Shown here piece by piece: positions 52,045 to 61,174 of a DNA stretch of 64,000 bases (position 1 is the first letter of the stretch; the number at the start of each line of letters is the position of its first letter). The notes beneath the pieces are model-generated. The model was given only the letters and a program-made list of their open reading frames with translations, did no database searches and was not told where the DNA came from. The position numbers and the translations under genes are program-made. The stretch lies in IMG/VR virus record IMGVR_UViG_3300029983_000007, positions 186,001 through 250,000 of that record. The stretch is one strand, 5' to 3'.

Positions 52045-52851
52045 ATGGAAAAAAATTTAGAATTTATAAAAAAATACTATCCTTTATTGTTTTTTGTTAT
52101 GATTGTATTGTTGTCAGTGGTTCTTTTTCAAACTTGTTCGAATCTAAGTAAAGAAAAAGCAAATAATGAATTTCAATCTAAATTATATACACAAAATATT
52201 AGAGCAATGACTGATAGCGTATCAAAAGAATATAATAAAAAATTAGATGCTTATGAGTTTACAAAAGATAACTTAGTTTTAAATAAATTATCAGATTTGG
52301 AACAATATAACAAATCGTTGTCAGACCAATTAAAAAATGTAAAAGGAGATGTATTATCTGCTATACAATCAAATGTTGAAGGAAATCTTGGAGGTATACA
52401 AGGTTCAAACAATTTAGCAGTTTTAGATAGTGCATCAAATCATTATGGGTTAAAGTTTTCAACTAATTATGTTGATAGTGGATTTAGACAAAAAATTGTT
52501 GGAACAAGTAAATTTTATGCTATTCCAAATGAAAGTACAAAGAAATGGAATATTAAGCCTGACGTTACTGTTCTTGATACAAATTTGACTAGTATTAGCG
52601 TAACTTATGGATTTAAAGACTTGAAAAATAAATATCAAGTATTTGCAATATCTAAATCACCAAAAGTTCAAGTGACAGATTTAACTGGCGGATATTTTAT
52701 TGATAAGCAAATTGTACCACCTGCAAAACCAAAAAAATGGGGAATTGGACCTTATGGAGGATTTGGATTAAACACAGCACCTAATTTAGGTAATCCACAA
52801 TTTGGTTGGAGTATAGGATTTGGCTTACATTATAATATTTTACAGTGGTAA
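52045..52851 (+). CDS. membrane-anchored coiled-coil protein (spanin/lysis-accessory-like)
   Basis: N-terminal TM, coiled coil, C-terminal KKWGIGPYGGFG...W.IGFGLHYN. Confidence 0.4.
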   Translation: MEKNLEFIKKYYPLLFFVMIVLLSVVLFQTCSNLSKEKANNEFQSKLYTQNIRAMTDSVSKEYNKKLDAYEFTKDNLVLNKLSDLEQYNKSLSDQLKNVKGDVLSAIQSNVEGNLGGIQGSNNLAVLDSASNHYGLKFSTNYVDSGFRQKIVGTSKFYAIPNESTKKWNIKPDVTVLDTNLTSISVTYGFKDLKNKYQVFAISKSPKVQVTDLTGGYFIDKQIVPPAKPKKWGIGPYGGFGLNTAPNLGNPQFGWSIGFGLHYNILQW

Positions 52852-53509
52852 TATGAAAATAGATTTTAATATAAACGAAAAAAATTCTATAACAATAACA
52901 GTTATAGAATTATCAAACAACAGAAAACGCATTTCAGTGCCATTGGATACTTTAAGTCGTAAAAAAACAAAAATGGCTATAGATATATTAAGAAATATTG
53001 ATAATAATTGGCTAAATAAACAAATTTATATTAAAAAACGTGAAAATCGTAAAAATAAATTAACTGAAATATGGAAAATATGATACCAAATAAAAATGGA
53101 AGAATTTATCCTAAAGAATTATTTGAAAAATACTTAGATGAATATAATAGAACTATATTTAAGCAATTAATAAAATCAGAAAGAAAAACTAAATTAAAAA
53201 AAATAGAAAATGTACAATTCAGAAATGACTGAATGGGATAATATAAAAGAATTCGTTAATTTACATATTAAATTTACTAGAAGAGATTTATATGTTTATG
53301 GATTTTCTAGAACAGGAGAGCAATATATTTTACTTTTGAAGCATGTTGGATTTGTAAATAAAGTAGATATTGCTAAATATGAGAGATTGTGTAAAATTCC
53401 TGATACATTATCATCAACTAAAATATCTAATTTGGTAAAAAACAAATATAATTGTGTAAAATATATTAGAAAAATTAAATTAATAAATATTAAAACTCTT
53501 TACGATTAA
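52820..53509 (+). CDS. three small RKxKL-tailed proteins (52820-53083, 53080-53232, 53210-53509)
   Basis: Tails ENRKNKLTEI, ERKTKLKKI, YIRKIKLINI; 53080-53232 translated by hand: MIPNKNGRIYPKELFEKYLDEY... Confidence 0.65.
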
Positions 53510-53523
53510 GTAAAGAGTTTTTT

Positions 53524-54816
53524 TTATATGACATTCATTATAATTGTGTTGCTAACATAAATACCACTCATTACACATAAAACTTCAGCATCGTTTGGTA
53601 TTGAATAAGGTGAAGATGTATATAAATTATTATTTGTACCTACTAAAAATCCATTAACATACCATTGAAATGACGGATTTACATAGCAAGACGAAAATGC
53701 ATAAAAATTAGCACTATCATAATTATGAATAGTAGTAAAATCAGTATTAATTTCAAATAATGGTGGAGTGACTTCTACAGTGATATTATTACTTGTATAA
53801 TTAATATTAAAATCATTATCTCTAACAACACAATAAACAACATCATCTGTGTTGAAGTTATTGTATGAAAAAATTTTATTATTTGTTCCTACAGAAAGTG
53901 AAATTCCATTTCTAATTATAAACCATTGATAATTAATATTTTGAGAATATCCTAAATTTGTTGATGTAAAAATTATAGAATTATTCGAGCAAATAGGTAC
54001 TTTATTATTAACAAAATTAATTGGAATATTAGAAGATATAGTTATATTATTATTACCTGAAATTAGTGATATATTTTGAGTTTTTTTCTCATCTGAATTT
54101 ATATGTACTGTAACATTATTTATAATATAGCCATCTTTATAGCTCTTTATTATATTATCACCTTTCACTGAATTTAAAATATAATATCCATTTGAATCTG
54201 TTGTGTGTATTCGTTTTGATCCTGATAATGTTACCATTACACCTGGTGTTGGAATTCCATTTATACTAACAATACCACTTATTGTTGAGAATCCAACATT
54301 TAGAATGTTGCAATTATAGAATACAACTCCATCAGATACTGATTTATATAAATAGCCTCCTCTGCATGATATTTTACTAATTTGTTGATATTTTAATGAA
54401 TATCCAGATGGTATGTCATTATAATGTCTATTTATTACAATTTCATTTTTTGATTGATTTACATATAATATTTTATATCCTAAATAATATCTATTGCTAC
54501 CCTCATCAGGAACAGACGGATTTTCAAGATTGAAAATGTTTGACATTGATTTAGTTGATGCATATGTAATATATGCAGTATCTCCTACAACGAAATTACT
54601 TTGAACTTCAGTGTAAATTTTTATATAACCGTTCCAATTTGAATAAATTTCTAATATATTAACAGCATTCTTGATATTAATATAGTCATTAGTTTTTTGT
54701 GCTACTTGAGATTTTATTAAATTTATGTTACCATTCAATGATGACGATACATTTGATGATGTTACTCCAGATGTATTTACTGTTATTCTATTTGTTGATA
54801 ATTTTATTGTTGGCAC
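53524..54816 (-). CDS. putative virion/tail protein with Ig-like (carboxypeptidase-regulatory-like) domains
   Basis: ISGIV...GVMVTL....TTDSNGYY.L...GDN.I...KDGY; repeated YQW...G..VGTNN modules. Confidence 0.55.
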   Translation of the reverse strand: MPTIKLSTNRITVNTSGVTSSNVSSSLNGNINLIKSQVAQKTNDYINIKNAVNILEIYSNWNGYIKIYTEVQSNFVVGDTAYITYASTKSMSNIFNLENPSVPDEGSNRYYLGYKILYVNQSKNEIVINRHYNDIPSGYSLKYQQISKISCRGGYLYKSVSDGVVFYNCNILNVGFSTISGIVSINGIPTPGVMVTLSGSKRIHTTDSNGYYILNSVKGDNIIKSYKDGYIINNVTVHINSDEKKTQNISLISGNNNITISSNIPINFVNNKVPICSNNSIIFTSTNLGYSQNINYQWFIIRNGISLSVGTNNKIFSYNNFNTDDVVYCVVRDNDFNINYTSNNITVEVTPPLFEINTDFTTIHNYDSANFYAFSSCYVNPSFQWYVNGFLVGTNNNLYTSSPYSIPNDAEVLCVMSGIYVSNTIIMNVI

Positions 54817-54941
54817 GATACTAACTATTATTTTTCTTATATATAAAAAATATTAATTTCAATTAATAATAGTGTATATATTTGGTAATATATTTATAAG
54901 TAACTATCTTTATATAATTAATCAATTAAAAATTAAATACT

Positions 54942-56078
54942 ATGTGGATAAAAATTAATGATGTACCTTTACATATGAGTTTAATCATAAACATTAGTAA
55001 AATTGAAAAAATAAATAGTGATAATATTAATCAATTCTTTGATAGATTTCGTACATTTGATTTATCAAATGTACGTCATAGAAATAGTATTGATATTGTT
55101 GAACGTGGGTTTAAATTAGAACGTGTATATAATCATTCTAAACAAAACAGTATAGGTGAGCTATGTCATTATGAAAAAGGTAATTTTCCTGGTGAAATTA
55201 TTATAAAAGAATCAAATTTTAAAATGAATAGTGACAAATATTTATTTGAAGTTAATTATAAAAAAATGAATGATGATGAAATATATAAAATATCATCAGA
55301 AATATATGACACATTTGAAGATGCAGAAAAAACACAAGACTTTTTATTATCAAAAATGAACGATATTGAAATGTCAGTAAGTAATATTAAAATATAATAA
55401 TATAAAAATGTGGATAAAAATTAATGGATTACCAATACAAGTCAGTTCAATTAAAAACATAAGTAAAATTGAACAAATATCAGAAGATATGATAATTAAA
55501 TACTATAATAAAAGTTCAAGAAACAGGTTTTATAGTTCAGATGATATTAGTGAAAGCAGTAAAATTCAATATGTTAATAAATATATTACGTCAAATAACA
55601 AATCAACTGGAAACGTAATTAATTATTTAAAAAAAGAAGATGGTTCAGATGATTATGACCATATTATAAAATCCACATTTAAATTGAATTGTGACATATT
55701 TATATTTTATATTTGTGCAGAAGAAATATCATATTCTGAAGGTAAATGTAATTTATTTAATAATAATATTTATTCAAAAATTTTTGATACAATTGAAGAA
55801 GCGCAAGTTGTTCACAATAACTTATTGACAAAATTAAATGAAATTGAAATGTCACTTGTCAATATTGAAATATAAAAATGAATTATAATGATATTTATAA
55901 GATTCCAAATATATCTGAGCTAGATAATTTAGCATATAGATTATATTGGAATGATAATCGTACATGTTTTGAAGGAAATGTAAATTTTTTAAAAAACCGT
56001 ATTAAATATATTAAATATTATGACTCAGCAAATCTATATTTAAGGAAAGAAAAAATAAAAAAACTCAGTAAGATTTGA
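54942..56078 (+). CDS. paralog pair MWIKIN... (54942-55397, 55408-55875) plus a small RKxKL-tailed ORF (55878-56078)
   Basis: Shared MWIKIN..P...S.I.NISKIE.I and S.I.DT.E.A......LL.K.N.IEMS..NI.I. Confidence 0.75.
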
Positions 56079-56095
56079 TTCTTACTGAGTTTTTT

Positions 56096-56935
56096 TTAAT
56101 AGTTCATTACAATTATTTCAACTGATGTTTTTTTACCATTCTTTGAAATTTTATCATAATCAAAATTGAGTTCTTTATATCTAAATCCATCTCTTATTAA
56201 TTGATTTAATAACCAAGATTTTTTATTGTTGTGTTCTAGTAATCCACTAATCATAAATGTAGAACCATCTTTGCTCAAATTTAAAAGATAATCGTGTAAT
56301 TGAATATCCATCTCTTGTTGATATACAACATTGTACCCAGCCTCTGAGATTTGATTTTTTGATATGTTTCCATTGGTATCTTCACAGTACCCATATGGCG
56401 GATCAGCATATATAAAAGATGGCTTTAATATTTTAATATCATTGAAATTTTTATTACTAAAAACAATTTTATCTTTATATTTTCTTATATGTTCAGTGAA
56501 CTCAATTACTTTTTTTTCTGTGCTATTATTCCATGAGCGATTTCCCCACGTCTGATTAAAGTCACCTGACTTGTTAAATCTCATCAAATTAGAGTTACAA
56601 CATAACATCAAAGCCCATAATCCTTCAGGCGTTTTATTTTTATTGTAATCTTCCCTTAGTTTTATGTAATCATCTTGATTTTCTTTATTAGGACATAACA
56701 TTTTAGTTTTTTTAATTATATCATCAGATTCAAGTAATCCTTTATGTATTCCTATTAAATCTGATATTATATCATTAGCTAGTACTTTTATATATTTGTC
56801 TACAACATTTGTATATATTGACCCACCTCCGCAGAAAAGGTCAATAAAATAATCTTTAGTATAATCCATCTCTGGTATTAATTGATCAAGAAGTTTGTAT
56901 TTGCTTCCAGTATACGAAAATGGTGTATTTATCAT
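56096..56935 (-). CDS. DNA N6-adenine methyltransferase (Dam/D12 class)
   Basis: PFSYTGSKYKL, DLFCGGGSI, ANDI, F.YADPPY. Confidence 0.9.
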   Translation of the reverse strand: MINTPFSYTGSKYKLLDQLIPEMDYTKDYFIDLFCGGGSIYTNVVDKYIKVLANDIISDLIGIHKGLLESDDIIKKTKMLCPNKENQDDYIKLREDYNKNKTPEGLWALMLCCNSNLMRFNKSGDFNQTWGNRSWNNSTEKKVIEFTEHIRKYKDKIVFSNKNFNDIKILKPSFIYADPPYGYCEDTNGNISKNQISEAGYNVVYQQEMDIQLHDYLLNLSKDGSTFMISGLLEHNNKKSWLLNQLIRDGFRYKELNFDYDKISKNGKKTSVEIIVMNY

Positions 56936-57189
56936 TTGTTGTTAGATTTGTTGTTAGTTTTTGATGATGTGCACTTATTAGTTTTTGATGATGTATTAAC
57001 ATTTAAACTTTTAATTATTAATAATTTACTTCTTCTTTCTTTTTTCAAAAAAGAATCTTTAATTGCTTTTGATGTTTTAACTGATGCGATAATATAAGAC
57101 TAGTCATTGGATACTATCATTCTATTTTCTTCCAAATATGAATCACTATATATGATAATCCCTTGTAAAGTAAAATATTTATTCAGCAT
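56932..57189 (-). pseudogene. RKxKL-family gene with an in-frame TAG (57100-57102)
   Basis: MLNKYFTLQG...VSND*SYIIASVK...KKERRSKLLIIK...NK*; start and stop overlap the neighbouring genes. Confidence 0.6.
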
Positions 57190-60100
57190 TGTATTTTAGT
57201 ATTTCTATTATTTTATTATTTCTTTGTTCTTTAATGTTTATAAAATATTTATCAATATCACATTTAAGCCAAATTGAACATTCTTTTTTTATTGTTTTTT
57301 GTTTTTCATCAAATGTAGAAACTGTATCATTATTTAAGTGTTCTATTACGTTTTTAATTTTGTTATTTTCTATATAATAATATTTTTCTTTAATATAAAA
57401 TATTTTATATTTTTCATTAAAAGTATATTTTTCTGATGTAAAATGATTACTCATATTAATATCCTTCACTAAAATCAAAATATCTCCAATTTTATACATT
57501 TTAATTTTTAATTAAAAATAAATCAAATTTACTTGCTACTTCTTTTAATCTATTATTAATGTCTTCAACTACATCATCATACTTATCAATAGTATTTTTA
57601 TTATCCATAAAATACACTTCCCAAAGCCAACCTCTTAGCTCTTGTAAATCACTAAAAGTTTCTATTAATTCTGATGCTTTAATAGGGTCATCTGAATATA
57701 ATTTTATAAGTAATTCAGAATAAGGCTCTATGCAAACAACTGAACTTATTTCTATATAATTATCTTTTTTATATACTTCTATATCAACTATAGATATTTT
57801 TTTATATTTTAATCTAAAATTCATTTTATAATTTTTTATTTTAATATTTTCCATTTATTTATTTTATTTAGTCTAGTTAATTTATTTAAACGTATAATTT
57901 TATCAGTATATCTATATTCACAATTATAATCCCAATTAGTATATGCTAAAAAAATTCCCAAGAAATGAATATTTAAGTCAAAACAGGTGTCTTCCTTACG
58001 TCCTTTCTTTGCTCCATTTGTACTACAATGAAAAAGTTTCCAGTGTTTTTTGTGATAACTTATTGATATTGATTTGCTACAATATCGTTTCTTACCATTA
58101 ATTTTTTTATTAAACCAGATTGTCATTTTATGTCATTAGTTTTCTTTGATAATTACTTAAATATTTTTCATTTGTGTGAGGATCACCATATTTGTCAATT
58201 GGAATTTTTTGTTATAATCCTTTCCAACTATTTCCAACTGTAAAATTTCTAACTGTTAATAGATTATTTTTGCTTAATGCAGTGAAGAAATCTCTTGAGT
58301 GAGCATTATATACAGTTTGTCCTACAAAAACTTGTGCTTGATTTTATAAAATAATTATCCATTTAATTTTATTATTTTTTTCTTTCTAGTAATTTTTTTA
58401 AGTAATTCTATCTCATCTAAAAATAATTTATCTGGATTATTTATATCATCACTATAAGTAACAATTTTTTCGTCATTAAGATATATACATTTAAATATAT
58501 ATGGACCGTTATTACCTTGAAGATAATTTATTTCTAGTCTTAAAATATCCTTTGTGTATGTTGTAATATCATACTCAAATAAATCTTTCTTCTTAATTAA
58601 CAAATGATTATATTTTTTACCAATAATAACAATTTTGTTATTATATTCTATACAGCAATAATTTTCACGCTTTTTTATTCTGTTTGAATTTATGTAAACG
58701 CCAAAAGTGTAACCAGAACCATTTAAAATATAAGATTCATAGATATAATATTCTTTATTTTCTATTATAATTGAATATTCATTTTCGATAAATTCAAGTT
58801 TAAATTCACTCTTCATATAATTTGTTTAATTTTCTCAATTTGAATTTTCTGATTTTATTTTTATATTTTGGATCATATTTTTCCCAATGAGAATAAAATT
58901 TATTTAATAGTATATTTAAATCAATTTTATCTCCATTCTTTTTTTGATGGTAATACATTAATATTATAGATGATATATCATCAGGATGATCTATAAAATA
59001 ATTATCAATAAACCAGTTTTTCAATTCGCTTTTTTCTTCCCATAATTTAAAATTATTTCTTACCCACATACCTAACCCCATATGTGAAATTGATATTGAC
59101 TCTTCTTCATTTGTTTTTAGCCAATCTTTTTTTCCAACAATGTCTAAATTGTCAATAATTTTATATGTTTCTTCTAAGTTATTTGGAATTTCAAATTTGA
59201 TCATTTATACTATAGTTTATTTTTTTGATTTTTTCTCTTCTATAATCTGATAGACTTTGTGTGTGTAGTGTGAGATATTGAGATTCTACAGTAGAACCAA
59301 TTGGAACAATTGTATAATGAAATGTATATTTTGTTTCTATTGGAGTTTCAATTTTATCAAATACAATATTTTTTTGTTCATCTACGAATACAAAACAATG
59401 CACACCAACACCATCATTATGAATTTGATTTGTACGTCCTAATATAACACAATCCTCTTTTAATGAATTATCTATTTCGTATTTAACTCGATTAAGATCA
59501 TAGATATATTTGTATAAAAAATTTTTAGTTTTAGAATTTGATACATAAAAATTAGGTGGTCCAATTCTGCCTGCCACTGCTATGTAGCTACCTGCTGCTG
59601 TGATTCTACTACAAATATTATTTTTTATTTTTTTTGGTTTATCAGAATAGGATTCTTGACTATATTTTTTATCAATTTCTTCTAATATAATATCATAAAT
59701 ATCAATTTTTTTAATATCATTTTTTAAATTTTCTCTGTTTTTGTTACCTAATTCTAAAATAATAGGTATAAATTTACTTCTCATTTCATTGTTTATAATA
59801 GATTTAATATGTATAGTTAATTGTTCATCTGTATATATATTATTAGTAATAGTGAAGTTAAATTTGTTAAGATTTATATTTTTACTACACATATTAACAG
59901 CAAATGTATTTGGATATATAGATTCATTGATTGCTCCCATTGTTGAACTTGATGGAGTTGTCATATTTGAAAAATTTGTGTCCAGATAACTAATCTGTGG
60001 CATTAAACTATTAACTGGAAATATTGTGAACATATCATTCTCTAATTCTGATAAATTAATTTTTTTATTCATTCTGATTTATTATTTTTTTCAATTTAAA

Positions 60101-60514
60101 TTTTCTTAATTTACTAGGATTAAAAAATTTTTGTAAATATTCTGCATATGCTACTATACTCAATAAATATTCTTCTTTATTATAAATAATATTATTTATA
60201 TACAAAATTGAGTCATTATATTCTTTTTCAGAGAATTTTTCAAAGTTACATTTTTTTAAATGTTCAAAATTTTCAGTATATTTTTCTAATTGATTAATAG
60301 TTTCCATGTTATATTTTTTTTGTTCTTTTGCTATTGATAATAAATATTCAGAGTAACTTATAGTATTTTTGTCTCCTATCATTATAATAGTTTTAAAAAA
60401 AATAATCATATTATAATATTCTAAATAAGATAAACCATATCTTGTAATAAAAAAATTATCATTCATTATAACTGCATATTTTTCTAATTGTTTACTGATT
60501 TTATTATTTTTCAT
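57179..60514 (-). CDS. operon of mostly RKxKL-tailed genes (57179, 57501, 57836, 58355, 58806, 59191, 60065)
   Basis: Tails EQRNNKIIEI, IIRLNKLTRL, ITRKKKIIKL, KIRKFKLRKL, YRREKIKKI, KLRKFKLKKI; 58806-59204 has HMGLGMWVRNNFKLW..HPDDISSII (DUF6794-like from memory). Confidence 0.7.
59191..60072 (-). CDS. degenerate T4 gp23/gp24-like (HK97-fold) capsid-protein-related protein
   Basis: RITAAGSYIAVAGRIGPPNFYVSN resembles the gp23 'EA..IA..T.RG.GNFIIAS' segment; IFPVNSLMPQISY resembles VQPM.GP.G.IF. Confidence 0.35.
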   Translation of the reverse strand: MNKKINLSELENDMFTIFPVNSLMPQISYLDTNFSNMTTPSSSTMGAINESIYPNTFAVNMCSKNINLNKFNFTITNNIYTDEQLTIHIKSIINNEMRSKFIPIILELGNKNRENLKNDIKKIDIYDIILEEIDKKYSQESYSDKPKKIKNNICSRITAAGSYIAVAGRIGPPNFYVSNSKTKNFLYKYIYDLNRVKYEIDNSLKEDCVILGRTNQIHNDGVGVHCFVFVDEQKNIVFDKIETPIETKYTFHYTIVPIGSTVESQYLTLHTQSLSDYRREKIKKINYSINDQI

Positions 60515-60592
60515 TAATAAGAATTTATTTTTATTTTTTATAGAAAGAAAAAAGCTTTTAGTTTTTTAATATATAAAGAAAAAAGAATTTTA

Positions 60593-61174
60593 ATGGAAAA
60601 ATTTACACAGATAAAAGATAAGCCAGTTATACCAGATGAAGAAACGTTATTTGATGGTAAATATTTAGATGTGATTCAATATAAGGAGACTGAAATACTA
60701 AAAGGGCACGATTGTGTTGCCATATTGCCATATTTCAGGGATGAGGCTACATTTCTTATGAGATTAGAATATCTTCCTGCATATCAATATAAAAATAAAG
60801 AAATTCCAAATCTTAGAAATGTGACTAATTATTTGACTGTTATTACTGGAGGAATTGAAGAAAATGAAACACCAGAACAAACAATAAGAAGAGAATTATA
60901 TGAAGAAGGAGGTATAGTTTTAAATAATTTGTATCAATTTGATGTTGAAGGTCCATTCTTCACTGATAAATATAGTACAACTCAATTATATCTTTGCTTT
61001 TTAGAATTACCAGTTAATACTTATCGTCAAATGAAACCACCTACTGATGGCTCTAAAAATGAAAAATTATCTAAATGTATAAGAGTTTCTATATCAGATG
61101 TTAATCAAATAGTAAATAATGATTTAGTTACTAAATGTTTAATTACAAAATTATTAAAAAGAATTGAATCATAA
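60593..61174 (+). CDS. NUDIX hydrolase
   Basis: Nudix box GGIEENETPEQTIRRELYEEGG. Confidence 0.9.
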   Translation: MEKFTQIKDKPVIPDEETLFDGKYLDVIQYKETEILKGHDCVAILPYFRDEATFLMRLEYLPAYQYKNKEIPNLRNVTNYLTVITGGIEENETPEQTIRRELYEEGGIVLNNLYQFDVEGPFFTDKYSTTQLYLCFLELPVNTYRQMKPPTDGSKNEKLSKCIRVSISDVNQIVNNDLVTKCLITKLLKRIES

